From a virus, in IMG/VR virus record IMGVR_UViG_3300012920_000023, positions 49,464-113,463 of that record: a stretch of DNA of 64,000 nt; one strand, 5' to 3'. The notes beneath the pieces are model-generated. The model did no database searches. It was not told the origin of the DNA and saw only the letters and a program-made list of their open reading frames with translations. Made by a program: the position numbers and the translations under genes. Positions 10,162 through 20,327 of the stretch are shown here, piece after piece (the stretch's first letter is position 1; the number at the start of each line of letters is the position of its first letter).

Positions 10162-12978
10162 ATGTCACTACTAGGTTTTAACTTTTCTTTTGGTGCTAGG
10201 GATGATGGTTTTGCGTCGGCCTTAACAAGAGCCGGTTCCGGCATTCAAAACGTCTCGGCCAAGTTTGATGGTTTAGCCAAGCAGGTGAGCAGTGGAAACT
10301 TCTTCAATGCGATGAACACTCTACAACTTGATCGGATTGGCGATCAGTTAGCAGGATTGAAAGGTCAAAGCACTCAACTAGAGACAAGTCTAGAGGGTAC
10401 GTTCAGAGGTATGTCTGCCGAAATAAGGCCGGCATTGGCTCAAATGAATCTGACTCAAAAAGAGTTCAGTAGAGCCAACTCTCAAATTGTGTCTACAGCA
10501 GACGCTTTAAATGTGGGTGCAGGGGAAGTTGCTTCGTCATTTCGGGCGATAAGTCGTACCGGAGAAAGCACTAAAAAAGTGCTGAAAAGCATGGGCATCG
10601 GGATGAAAGAGTTGACCTTAATCCAAAAGGCAACGGGGATGGAGTCTGAACAGTTCACGGCCTTAGTCACAAACCTTACTGACTCCTATGGCTTCAATAC
10701 AGAAGAGACCAAGAGTTTCCTAAACAACTTTACAAACTTAAGTCAAGGTTTAGGCATTGCAGACATAGCCTTTGGTTCGCTCCAAGAAACAATGGGGACA
10801 CTAGACGAAACTTTATCTTCAAACACACAGTTTATGGCGATGAGTCGTGAAGAGCAGGCGAAGCACGTTGAAGAACAGGTCATGGGCGTGCAGAGGCTAA
10901 CCAAGTCGTTTATGACGCTAGGTAAAACGCCACAAGAGGCTCAAGCGTCGGCACTCCAATTCTTTAAGACGATTAGTCAAGAACGCAAAAGCATTAATGG
11001 TATGACTATTGGTATAGGAGATATGGGGGAGACGTTTAAGTCATTGGCAGAAGAAGCCGGTTTTCAGAACGTGGATAAACTGTTTAGCAATATATCTTCT
11101 GATCCGGTGCAGGCACTCCAACAGATAATGGAGATGCAGGAGGAATTGGCTAAAGCCGGTGATCCTGCGAAACTAGCCCGTTTCAACTCAAAATTGCAGG
11201 ACATGATGGGCGGTTTGGCATTTATGAAAGATGCCGGCAAAGGGTTTAGAGACTCTCTCGGAAAGGTAAATGAAGCCACATCAAAGACGGGCGATGGATT
11301 AGTAGGCATGGCCAAAAGGGCACACACCACGAATCGTGGTCTCGATGAGGTGCTTACTAGGATGGAAGACCGGTTTGAAAGGAACTTGATGAAGTTGACC
11401 GGTAACACCCGTACGATGTTTGTTCGGCAACAGAGAGACATGTATAAGGTTGTTGGTAAAGAAGCGAAGAACCTTGCCGGTAATGAGACTTGGGGGCCAC
11501 TCTTCAAGCAGTTTGTGTCTGCAAGAAAGATTGGAGCATCGGCATTCTTCTTACCAATGCAACGAGATGCCAAGCAGACAAAAAAGGCTCTTGCCGGAAT
11601 TGACGAGGCTGTGGGTCAAGGTGGGCTTTTGGGTCGGTTTAAGGCGATACAGTCGGCAGGTATAGCAGGGTTCTTTATGGACTTAGACGGGGCTTTTAAG
11701 TCAAACGCAGACAGGCTTAAGGACGCAGAGGACAAGGCTTTAAAATACTATGCAAGACTTGAAGCGATTGGGTTGACAACGGAGACATTAAAGCCGGCTC
11801 TCATGGCTCTCGGGACAGCGTTTGCAAGTCTGTTTGTAGTGACTAAGGTTGTCAGTTCTCTTGCTACATTAGTATCTATAGGTGGTTCTGTAGCCGGGGT
11901 GCTTACTTCAATCGCCGGGGGAATAGCGTCGGCAATCGGGGCAATAGCGTCTGCCCCGGCGGTCATTGCGGTGGCACTCGCCGGATTAATATACGGCATC
12001 GGTGAGGGGATAAAGTTTCTCGCAAACGCCCCTCAAGAGTTCTTCGACGGCATAGCAGACACGATTGACAATGCCACAATATATTTAAGTGATGCGTTTG
12101 ATGCGATCATGGACATAGATGTATTTATGATGGTGACAACAATGCTAGATAAACTAGAGGATTGGATATTTTCTGTATTTAAAGGCTTGGCTTCGTTTTT
12201 TAGCAACCCGTCTAAGTTTATGGTTGTTATAAATGCGATAGGTCGTTTCGGCATAAAACTTGGAATGGTTGCTGTCGCAGTTTTAGGAAAACTAGGTGAA
12301 GTGTTCGTTGCTATAGGGCTTAAAGCAGTTTCAAACTTGCAGAGAGGATTTCAATTCGGCATGAATCTTCTTGACGAATATGTGGGGAAGCCTCTCAGAT
12401 CGTTAGGCCGTAAGATTAGTAAGGCATGGAACGAAAGGATAGTCGAGCCGGTAGCCAAGGCAGGCACTTATCTGTACGATGCTTTTACAAAGCCTTTTGA
12501 ATATATCTCCGAATGGTGGGCAGGCTTCTCGTTAGTTGATAAGTTTAAGGAGAACGTGTGGTTCCCATTGGCGAGGTTCATAATAACGATTGGAAAATCG
12601 ATCATGATCTTCTTTAATGATGTACTGATTAAACCGTTTCAAGGTCTTATCAACATGCTCATTAAAGTGTTCAACAGTGTAAATGACCTCTTACCTAAGA
12701 GTCTTCAGTTAGCAAGAAAAGAGTACGTTAATTTCTCACTTACTGATGAAAACATGGGTGATGTCCTCATGGGTCGGGTGACTTCTGATTACGGTAAAGA
12801 GCCGGCAGGAAAAGATGTAAAAGTTGCTGTTGATCAGACTAAGGTCGAGCGTTTACTCGCAGATGGCATCAAGATAAATAAAGAAATGCTTGAAGAGGCG
12901 AAACGATCCCGTGGAACCCCCAAAGGTGGCACATCGCCACATAATACCGGAACCACACAAGTAGCACTTAGGAGATAG
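10162..12978 (+). CDS. Tape measure protein
   Basis: 938 aa, helical, Ala/Gly/Met rich with hydrophobic segment and periodic aromatics; canonical position. Confidence 0.85.
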   Translation: MSLLGFNFSFGARDDGFASALTRAGSGIQNVSAKFDGLAKQVSSGNFFNAMNTLQLDRIGDQLAGLKGQSTQLETSLEGTFRGMSAEIRPALAQMNLTQKEFSRANSQIVSTADALNVGAGEVASSFRAISRTGESTKKVLKSMGIGMKELTLIQKATGMESEQFTALVTNLTDSYGFNTEETKSFLNNFTNLSQGLGIADIAFGSLQETMGTLDETLSSNTQFMAMSREEQAKHVEEQVMGVQRLTKSFMTLGKTPQEAQASALQFFKTISQERKSINGMTIGIGDMGETFKSLAEEAGFQNVDKLFSNISSDPVQALQQIMEMQEELAKAGDPAKLARFNSKLQDMMGGLAFMKDAGKGFRDSLGKVNEATSKTGDGLVGMAKRAHTTNRGLDEVLTRMEDRFERNLMKLTGNTRTMFVRQQRDMYKVVGKEAKNLAGNETWGPLFKQFVSARKIGASAFFLPMQRDAKQTKKALAGIDEAVGQGGLLGRFKAIQSAGIAGFFMDLDGAFKSNADRLKDAEDKALKYYARLEAIGLTTETLKPALMALGTAFASLFVVTKVVSSLATLVSIGGSVAGVLTSIAGGIASAIGAIASAPAVIAVALAGLIYGIGEGIKFLANAPQEFFDGIADTIDNATIYLSDAFDAIMDIDVFMMVTTMLDKLEDWIFSVFKGLASFFSNPSKFMVVINAIGRFGIKLGMVAVAVLGKLGEVFVAIGLKAVSNLQRGFQFGMNLLDEYVGKPLRSLGRKISKAWNERIVEPVAKAGTYLYDAFTKPFEYISEWWAGFSLVDKFKENVWFPLARFIITIGKSIMIFFNDVLIKPFQGLINMLIKVFNSVNDLLPKSLQLARKEYVNFSLTDENMGDVLMGRVTSDYGKEPAGKDVKVAVDQTKVERLLADGIKINKEMLEEAKRSRGTPKGGTSPHNTGTTQVALRR

Positions 12979-12986
12979 GAGTAAGT

Positions 12987-13334
12987 ATGCCTAAAACTAT
13001 AGGATCAAAACCAAATCGAAACTCTTGGCTAAACTTCTGTGAACCTACCGAAATAAAGTTAATCAAAGGATCATTCAAAAACCCGGAGAGGACGGGGTAT
13101 TTTGAGTTGTTCATCCCCCCCACTATCCCAAGTTCTGAGAATGACATAAGGCATATTGTGTCTGTACATGAACGAGTCGACTTGATTGCACACAAGTATT
13201 ATGGAACGTCAGAACTTTGGTGGGTCATTGCGGAGCGTAACAATATTGATCTCCCCATAGCAGAATTAAGAAGAGGGATGGAGTTGATCATTCCTGCAAG
13301 AAGTGTCGTTGAACTAGTTATTTCAAAGGTGTAA
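12987..13334 (+). CDS. LysM/tail protein X-like baseplate protein (gp53-like)
   Basis: ERVDLIAHKYYGTSELWWVIAERNNI...GMELIIP motif. Confidence 0.8.
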   Translation: MPKTIGSKPNRNSWLNFCEPTEIKLIKGSFKNPERTGYFELFIPPTIPSSENDIRHIVSVHERVDLIAHKYYGTSELWWVIAERNNIDLPIAELRRGMELIIPARSVVELVISKV

Positions 13335-13339
13335 AAATT

Positions 13340-14602
13340 ATGGCCGGAAGTTCTCATTTTAATGCTCTCTGTCAGATCACGATTCATACCGTTAATGGTC
13401 AAGATGTCGCTATGGGTGTCGGTACTGACTACCCATTTGTTACGTCCGTACAGGTCACTCGTGTCTTTGAGAGGTCGTCGGATATTAGCGTCACGATTGA
13501 AGCACCGTTCAACGAGGGTCGTGAAATGATGAATAGTGATCTGTTTCATAGTGGAAATAAGATCACCATAAGAATGAGTTATCCGGACGATTCAAAGGCT
13601 CAATTTGAAGTGCAGGGCGTTATTCTCAAGGGGGGAGTCGGGTTGTCTGTCACCCCAAATGGGATCAGTGGTTCTCTTTCTGTCCGTGGCACAAGTATAA
13701 CATCGGAGCAGAAGAAGCCTATGGTGCAACCCGGTGAAAACTATGATGCCTTTGTTTGGCTCAAAGCGGTGGTTGTAGAGGCCGGGTATATTGATCTTAT
13801 AGCATCTGAGAGAATAAAGAATGATCTCAGTATCATCGATACGCAGTTTAATGGAGCGAATAGTCTAGAGGGGCATTTAGAGGATTTCTGTATGATGAAC
13901 GGCTTCCGATGGGTTGAGAACTACGATATGGACAGGGGAGGCAACATCATTGAAATCCTAGACGATGAAGAGATCGATATAAAGCCGGTGTCTAGAATAT
14001 TTGTAATGAGAGATTCATTTATGGACACGGCGTATCTTGCTAACAATGAGTTTATCAAGAACGCAGGAGCAGAAAAGGCCACTGCCTATCCAATTATCTC
14101 TTATTCTCCGGAGTTATCCGGGGGATTCTTCGCTAATACAGAGACTATGAAATCAAGTTTAAGAGGTATAGATGGTGATGGTAAAACGGAAGTGAAAGAC
14201 GAGACCGCCAAGTCTGTAAGGTCGGTTAAGCAGGGGATAAAGGGGGGAGACCCGTCAGATGGCACAGAGGATCAACAGGCAGGTGGAACGACAACGGTCA
14301 AGGCGGTAGACGAAAAGACCACCGGCGAGGTCATAAGTCCGCTTTATCCGGAGACTAAAGATAGAGATGTAGACAAAAAGAGACTCGTTAGAGTCATGAG
14401 TAGGAATTTGATATCGTACAATGCGAGCCTTACCACTTTTGGTGTGCCGGATCTCGTACCGTCAGAGAGGATTGCTGTTGTCGGATTAGGTGCTCTCCTT
14501 GATGGAATCTTTACAGTCAAAGAGGTTACTCAAGTTTGGAGTGCCGGCAAAATAGATACGACCATAGGGATATATGGACGAACCAATGGAGTAGATGCAT
14601 GA
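13340..14602 (+). CDS. Baseplate hub protein (gp27/late control D-like)
   Basis: Position before spike; C-terminal GVPDLVPSERIAVVGLG...GIFTVKEVTQ motif. Confidence 0.7.
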   Translation: MAGSSHFNALCQITIHTVNGQDVAMGVGTDYPFVTSVQVTRVFERSSDISVTIEAPFNEGREMMNSDLFHSGNKITIRMSYPDDSKAQFEVQGVILKGGVGLSVTPNGISGSLSVRGTSITSEQKKPMVQPGENYDAFVWLKAVVVEAGYIDLIASERIKNDLSIIDTQFNGANSLEGHLEDFCMMNGFRWVENYDMDRGGNIIEILDDEEIDIKPVSRIFVMRDSFMDTAYLANNEFIKNAGAEKATAYPIISYSPELSGGFFANTETMKSSLRGIDGDGKTEVKDETAKSVRSVKQGIKGGDPSDGTEDQQAGGTTTVKAVDEKTTGEVISPLYPETKDRDVDKKRLVRVMSRNLISYNASLTTFGVPDLVPSERIAVVGLGALLDGIFTVKEVTQVWSAGKIDTTIGIYGRTNGVDA

Positions 14603-15516
14603 TTGATCAGAAGTTAAGGGTTCTAGACCCGATAGGTTGGCTAAGAAAATGTATTAAGATGTTCGGTATAGGGAGAGCGTTAGGCAGGTATTATGGGGTT
14701 TATAGAGGGCAGGTCATAGATAATGAAGATGAAGAGAACCGGGGCAGGATAAGGGTTCTTGTGCCGGCAATCGGACACATCGACGAGGCTGATGTACCAA
14801 GCACTATATATGCTCTACCAACCGGCATGACCTCCGGGCTTAAAACGAATCCACATGGGATCTATTTTACGCCCGATGTGGGAGATTTTGTTTGGGTTAT
14901 GTTTGAAGACGGATTGACTCACCTGCCTATTTACTTCACCGGATGGGTTAATCGCAGTGCGGTTGCGTCGGGCAGTAATGTTAAAGGAACGGCAGTCAAA
15001 GGGTTCTTTACCAAGTCGGGGCATGCCGTTGAACTTGATGATGAGAGCGGAAATATTCTTATTCAAAGGGGTGGGAGTAGCACGATGATATCCATGTCGA
15101 CAGATGGGTTTGATGATGAGATTGTGATTTCAAATAACAGTGGAACAAATGTATATTTGACCACAGACAAGGCTACTGTCTTCGCTAAAGACGGCTCTCA
15201 TGTGTCAGTGGGCGGTGATAACGTAAGTATGGTTAATTCGAGTGGCTCATATATGAGCATAAAAGGCGGTAACATCACTCTTGGGGCATCGGGCAGTATC
15301 GTTATATCCGCAGGGGCAAAGATAAGCCTTAAGGGATCTGTGGACTTAGGAAATGGGCCGGTTTATGAACCTGCTGTCTTAGGAACAAAGATGGCGGTCT
15401 CATGGCAGGCACATTCACATGTAAGTGCCGGCCCGGGTAACTTGACCGTTCCCGGAACTAATAATGTTCCTATGACTCCGGGGGCACAGTTAAGCGGTCA
15501 AGTGAGGTTATCATGA
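14599..15516 (+). CDS. Baseplate central spike (gp5/gpV OB-fold)
   Basis: YYGVYRGQVIDNED..RGRIRVLVP, PDVGDFVWVMFEDG, beta-rich repeats, C-terminal HSH. Confidence 0.88.
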   Translation: MIDQKLRVLDPIGWLRKCIKMFGIGRALGRYYGVYRGQVIDNEDEENRGRIRVLVPAIGHIDEADVPSTIYALPTGMTSGLKTNPHGIYFTPDVGDFVWVMFEDGLTHLPIYFTGWVNRSAVASGSNVKGTAVKGFFTKSGHAVELDDESGNILIQRGGSSTMISMSTDGFDDEIVISNNSGTNVYLTTDKATVFAKDGSHVSVGGDNVSMVNSSGSYMSIKGGNITLGASGSIVISAGAKISLKGSVDLGNGPVYEPAVLGTKMAVSWQAHSHVSAGPGNLTVPGTNNVPMTPGAQLSGQVRLS

Positions 15517-15863
15517 TTTGTAATGAAGACCATTTCCCGGCGTTTAGTCTGCCGGGGTTAAGTTTACCGATACCAACTCTCGATTTTAGTATTCCTCTCC
15601 CGGAACTCCCGGAACTCCCCGACCTGCCAACGATACCGGGTATCTCTCTATCATTACCAACCTTGAGTCTGCCTATCCCGACTCTCGATTTTAGCATCCC
15701 ACTTCCCGAATTGCCGGACTTGCCGGACTTGCCTACAATCCCCGGCATATCTCTCTCGCTTCCGACTGTAAGTCTTCCCATACCAACCCTAGATTTTAGT
15801 ATTCCCCTGCCGGAACTGCCGGAACTGCCAACCATATCACTGTGCCCACTAGATCATCGCTAA
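15513..15863 (+). CDS. Pro/Leu-rich tandem-repeat protein
   Basis: About three copies of a 35-aa unit with synonymous divergence; start overlaps spike stop. Confidence 0.75.
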   Translation: MICNEDHFPAFSLPGLSLPIPTLDFSIPLPELPELPDLPTIPGISLSLPTLSLPIPTLDFSIPLPELPDLPDLPTIPGISLSLPTVSLPIPTLDFSIPLPELPELPTISLCPLDHR

Positions 15864-15872
15864 GGAGAAATC

Positions 15873-16247
15873 ATGGCAAACCGTGAGATAAGAGGAATCG
15901 GATTTCCGTTTGATAGAGGATCGACTTCGTTCCCCGACACAGCAAATGGAACCAATGCGATAATAGCAAGAGTTAAGTCTCTTCTTACAACCGGGCCGGG
16001 TGAAGTGCCCATGCAACCAAATCAAGGCTCCATTGTTCAAAAGTACGTCTTTGAAAATATGACACCTTTAATGCGTTCCTATCTCTCTGATGAGATTAGA
16101 AATCAGATCAACACATTCATACCTCAGATGAATGTAGTTAGTGTCGCCACTGAGGTGAAAGACAATATAGTAACAACCACGGTTGAGTACGTTCTTGAGG
16201 GTGTAGCCGGAAACTTAGAGGTCGAGTTCGGCCCCGACGGAGGTTGA
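15873..16247 (+). CDS. gp25/GpW baseplate wedge subunit
   Basis: GIGFPF and LLTTGPGEVPMQPNQGS...VFEN motif. Confidence 0.88.
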   Translation: MANREIRGIGFPFDRGSTSFPDTANGTNAIIARVKSLLTTGPGEVPMQPNQGSIVQKYVFENMTPLMRSYLSDEIRNQINTFIPQMNVVSVATEVKDNIVTTTVEYVLEGVAGNLEVEFGPDGG

Positions 16248-16544
16248 TTCGGGTAGGATAATGCTCTGCCTAAGTATCTTAGAGACACGGCTTAACGAGA
16301 ATGCTTCCAATGAGGAGGCGATTTCATCATTGCCCTCTTTCTTCATACGAATCATCTCGTCTTCAATCTTTATCCCTTTTCGGTAAAGTAGAGTGACAAT
16401 CTCTAGCATAAAGGCGTTCTCAATTCGTGCACTCGTGTGCGTTGAACAATCCCTAAGTAATTCTAGGGCAACTTTACGAGCAAGATACAACTCATTCAAC
16501 ATTACATGGAACTTATCTTGTTCCTTATCAACCGCTTCACTCAT
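16215..16544 (-). CDS. Hypothetical protein
   Basis: Last gene of tightly coupled minus-strand operon. Confidence 0.55.
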   Translation of the reverse strand: MSEAVDKEQDKFHVMLNELYLARKVALELLRDCSTHTSARIENAFMLEIVTLLYRKGIKIEDEMIRMKKEGNDEIASSLEAFSLSRVSKILRQSIILPESTSVGAELDL

Positions 16545-16984
16545 AATCTATCTGCTATATCCTTATCGTGGTTCAAGTCTCCCATGTCATGGAGATGCTT
16601 CATAATAAAAGCGTAAACTCTGCCCCATCCCCATTGCTGTGGAGATACCCCGGGACGGCGTCCGGCGGTTTTACTCGCCTTTACACCTCTAGCAAATATC
16701 TCTTCAAGGTCTTTTAAGGGAATGCCGGTGGCATCTGAAACCGATTTTAGTCCACCGTCCAAGTCTCCATAGGTTTTTTTGAATGCCTTGGTGTATTGAG
16801 ACGGTTTTGTCTTTGCGTCATCTCCGGGCAAGGGCAGGTCTAAAGTTGGCGAGTCCGGGTCTTTTAAGGCAATCTTTTTACGCCTAGAAATCTCTCGATC
16901 TCGCTTCTGTCGCAACTCTTTATCAAGGCCGGACAGGTATCTTGCAGGATTGTCATCCCCTTTAAACCGATATGCCCTCTTCAT
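16541..16984 (-). CDS. DUF5824-like viral protein
   Basis: KPSQYTKAF and TGIPLKDLEEIFARG...RRPGVSPQQWGWGRVYAF motifs. Confidence 0.6.
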   Translation of the reverse strand: MKRAYRFKGDDNPARYLSGLDKELRQKRDREISRRKKIALKDPDSPTLDLPLPGDDAKTKPSQYTKAFKKTYGDLDGGLKSVSDATGIPLKDLEEIFARGVKASKTAGRRPGVSPQQWGWGRVYAFIMKHLHDMGDLNHDKDIADRL

Positions 16985-16989
16985 AATGA

Positions 16990-17340
16990 CTATTCCACGT
17001 CTTCTGATTCGTCAGAGACATCAGACTCTTCGGAATCTTCGACTTCTTCGGAGTCTGCGGAATCTTCTTCAAACGAAATGTCGATGCCATCTTCCTCAGA
17101 TTCGGCTTGAAGTTCGTCCTCAGAGTTATCGCCGGAGCCTGTGATTCGTGCGTATTCGGCCTGTAGACCTTGAAGCGAAAGTGCACATGCTTGAATAATG
17201 ATCTGTCTCTCATAAGGGTTAAGCAGTACACGCTCTGCCACTGCGGTTACGACTTTTACTGCTTCAAAACGTGCTTCAACAATCTGTTCTTCGGTAGGTT
17301 GCTGTTGAGTGTTTGCTTCACTGCTCATAGTTCTCTCCAT
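16990..17340 (-). CDS. Hypothetical protein with acidic C-terminal tail
   Basis: ORF in operon; Glu/Asp/Ser-rich end. Confidence 0.6.
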   Translation of the reverse strand: MERTMSSEANTQQQPTEEQIVEARFEAVKVVTAVAERVLLNPYERQIIIQACALSLQGLQAEYARITGSGDNSEDELQAESEEDGIDISFEEDSADSEEVEDSEESDVSDESEDVE

Positions 17341-17650
17341 TAAGGCGTTTTCTTAGGTCTGAGTTTTCTCTTTCAAGAAACTCGAGTTTAACTTTCATTG
17401 CCGACAACTCGGCTGTGAGTTGGCCAATCTGCTGTAGCAGTGTGACTCTCTCGGAGTTTTGACTATCTATCATTGCCTCTAATTTTGCAACCCTTTCTCT
17501 TAGATCATCACGATATTGAACCAACTTGGTTTCGTCGTTTCTCTCACGCTCAAGTTTGAGTTCGGACTTCTTTTGAAGCCAATCCCAAAGTTTTGATCCT
17601 GCAAGAGCGGTCGCAATCGCTCCTATTAATGTGACATAATCAGATTTCAT
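17318..17650 (-). CDS. Membrane-anchored coiled-coil protein (possible lysis accessory)
   Basis: N-terminal hydrophobic helix followed by heptad repeats. Confidence 0.55.
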   Translation of the reverse strand: MKSDYVTLIGAIATALAGSKLWDWLQKKSELKLERERNDETKLVQYRDDLRERVAKLEAMIDSQNSERVTLLQQIGQLTAELSAMKVKLEFLERENSDLRKRLNGENYEQ

Positions 17651-17651
17651 A

Positions 17652-18044
17652 CTATTTCTCCCGATATATTTTCTCTCGATAGAGTCGCCATTTTAAGTAA
17701 AAAGGTGGCAGTAGAAGTGTTGCAACTAAATAACATATTCTGCCGGCAGGGGAGCCAAGATGTTCAGTTTGAGCATAAATATGACTCGCATAGTAAACCG
17801 CCATGAGACTAAACGCTCGGTGCCTGTGGTTCAGATCCCTAGTTATAGTGCTCGCTAGAGAGTAGAGAGCGATGATCATTCCCGAAGCGATCATAAGTAG
17901 CGGATAACCCCTAAAAGTTGCTCCATAAGTTGACTTTGCTAAAAGAGTCAAACCAAGGCACAGTTCAAGCAGGTGCGTATCACTCCACAGGAGTATATTC
18001 TTGAGCCGGTTAAAGGCTCCATCTTCTTTATTAGTGTAACTCAT
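17652..18044 (-). CDS. Small multi-pass membrane protein (holin candidate)
   Basis: 3-4 hydrophobic segments, basic C-terminus. Confidence 0.5.
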   Translation of the reverse strand: MSYTNKEDGAFNRLKNILLWSDTHLLELCLGLTLLAKSTYGATFRGYPLLMIASGMIIALYSLASTITRDLNHRHRAFSLMAVYYASHIYAQTEHLGSPAGRICYLVATLLLPPFYLKWRLYREKIYREK

Positions 18045-18158
18045 CTAAACTCTCTACTTTAAGGCTGTTCCAACTTAGGTTATTTTACAATGGTTCAACG
18101 GACTACACAATCATCGATTGTTCAAGTAGAATAATAACAGTATGAGTTAGGAGTGGAA

Positions 18159-20327
18159 ATGAGCACCGAATATTTAGAAGACAAACAACCGTTAAATCAA
18201 GTCCAATACTCGGCAAAAGATTACTCAAGTTATTTTGATTCTATACTCACTCGCCTGCGAGAAGAGTATGGGGAGGATTATAACGACTTTGCCTCGTCTA
18301 GTGTAGGAGTCATGTTTGTCAACCTTATGGCCTATGCTATGGGGCAGTTAAGTTGGTACTTAGACCGCCGGTCTAGCGAGTCATATTTAGCAACAGCAAG
18401 GACACTTGATTCGGTCACTAGATTGGCCTCTCAGATAGGATACAAGCCTAAACGTGCTAGTGCGTCAAGTGTGGATCTAACGATTACCTTTCCGGCCTTA
18501 ATCGCAGACACCGTCATGTCTAGCGGATTCAATTTCTCCGGGCCGGGCGGTACAAACTTCCAACTAATGAATGATGTGCTTTTATCGGTAGGACAGACGA
18601 CTGCCGTGATCACGGTGTCTGAGGGTGAGCAAAAGACACAGAGTTTCACTTCCGACGGAGAGCCGGCACAACAGTTTATCCTGCCGGGAGTGTTGGATGG
18701 GGAATACGTTGCCGATCAATCTGTCAGAGTTTTTGTCAACGGTTTAGAGTGGACTGAGAAAGACTTCTTAACATACGACAAGACAAACCACTTTAGTGTC
18801 TCTTATACTACAGATCCCCCGGTTGTTCTTTTTGGCGATGGGAGTGCCGGGAACATTCCCAATCGAGGGGCTGACATTAGAATAGATTATCGGATTATAC
18901 ACGCCGAAGAGGGGAATGTTAGATCAAACACAATAACCTCAACAAGTGACACTCTCGTTGTGGCAGGTGATGTGGTCGATCTTCTCACTATAACTAATCT
19001 TGAGCCTGCCTCCGGTGGGAGTGGCCCTCAAAGTATTACTGAAATCAAGCGTGTAGCACCTATGGCTTTTCAAGCCGGTGGGAGTGCAGTCACTCAACAG
19101 GACTATTATGCTTTGGTGAACTCGTTTTCAGATCCTCTTTATGGCTCTGTCGCTAAAGGTTTTGCCGGTGTAACTCGACAAACATCTGCCGATGAGTTTA
19201 CTCGATCTCGATTGCAGGCTATTTCTAATGCTTTTGTAAATATCTTTGATAGGTCAGTGCTCCTAAACACGGAGACAAGAGCACTTGTGGAAGATATCCG
19301 GAGTTTAAGCAGTAACTCTGCGACGATTGCAGTTGATACTATCCTCGCAGACAATCTTAACTCGATCATAAGTCCGGCACTCACCAATATCGAAAACCTG
19401 TCTGTGCAGGCTAGAAATGAGAGCATACAGGTTCAATCAAGGTCACAACGTATAGTCGAGTTAGGGAATGACATACAGAACCTTGAAATAGAGTTGATCG
19501 GGGTTGCTGATCTCAATCCCGGCCTCCCTTTACCGCCTAACTCTACGTTTAACAGTCTCCAAGAAATTGTGACTGCGATCTCTAACCTCCGCAACGAGAT
19601 TCAACTAATAAGCCAAAACATAGAGACCTCGGCTCAAACAATACAGCCCATAAACGGCAGTGAGATACCGACTCAAGTTAATGCAATCAAAGATAGCGTC
19701 TCAATAGTCGGAACATCACTGCTTTTAGTTAGGGATAATAGCACCGGGGTCGTTAATAACGTAAATGAGATACTGTTGGACTTGACTGAAAACGCCAACT
19801 TGGTGGTTGTTAACAAGGATACAGGAGACACTTCTTTAGTCGAATTGTCTAATCATCTTGATCAACTTTTCGATGATTCTTGTAAAGCGAATGTGGTCAC
19901 CGTACCGATACTCGTTGAGGGTCGAGAGGGCTTTTATCAAGCCCCAAGTCGAGGTCTGATAAGGGCATTGCAGACATATCTTGATGAGGTAAAAGAGGTA
20001 ACTCATCTAGTCCGGGTTGTGGACGGCTCAACGGCACTTGTTCCGGCCAATGTGAACTTAAAGGTAGAGTTTAACACATCTTTTGTTAAGTCTGAGGTTA
20101 GAGCCGAGATAGAGTCCGGCATAGATACTCTCTTAAGACGGAGGGACTTTTCGATTCCGCTTTACCTATCTGATCTCTATAATGTTGTCGAGTTGGTTGA
20201 TGGAGTAGATCATGTTAATATACTGATCGACAGCCCTATTGAACGTATCGATAACGACGGAAACCTTATTGTAGGCGAGTTAGAGGTCGTTACTAAGGGC
20301 ACAATAACTATAGAGGAGGTCGTATGA
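18159..20327 (+). CDS. Baseplate wedge protein (gp6/J-like)
   Basis: YNDFASSSVG, ESYLATAR, IGYKP, FGDG..GNIP, ASGG, AVTQQDY motifs. Confidence 0.88.
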   Translation: MSTEYLEDKQPLNQVQYSAKDYSSYFDSILTRLREEYGEDYNDFASSSVGVMFVNLMAYAMGQLSWYLDRRSSESYLATARTLDSVTRLASQIGYKPKRASASSVDLTITFPALIADTVMSSGFNFSGPGGTNFQLMNDVLLSVGQTTAVITVSEGEQKTQSFTSDGEPAQQFILPGVLDGEYVADQSVRVFVNGLEWTEKDFLTYDKTNHFSVSYTTDPPVVLFGDGSAGNIPNRGADIRIDYRIIHAEEGNVRSNTITSTSDTLVVAGDVVDLLTITNLEPASGGSGPQSITEIKRVAPMAFQAGGSAVTQQDYYALVNSFSDPLYGSVAKGFAGVTRQTSADEFTRSRLQAISNAFVNIFDRSVLLNTETRALVEDIRSLSSNSATIAVDTILADNLNSIISPALTNIENLSVQARNESIQVQSRSQRIVELGNDIQNLEIELIGVADLNPGLPLPPNSTFNSLQEIVTAISNLRNEIQLISQNIETSAQTIQPINGSEIPTQVNAIKDSVSIVGTSLLLVRDNSTGVVNNVNEILLDLTENANLVVVNKDTGDTSLVELSNHLDQLFDDSCKANVVTVPILVEGREGFYQAPSRGLIRALQTYLDEVKEVTHLVRVVDGSTALVPANVNLKVEFNTSFVKSEVRAEIESGIDTLLRRRDFSIPLYLSDLYNVVELVDGVDHVNILIDSPIERIDNDGNLIVGELEVVTKGTITIEEVV

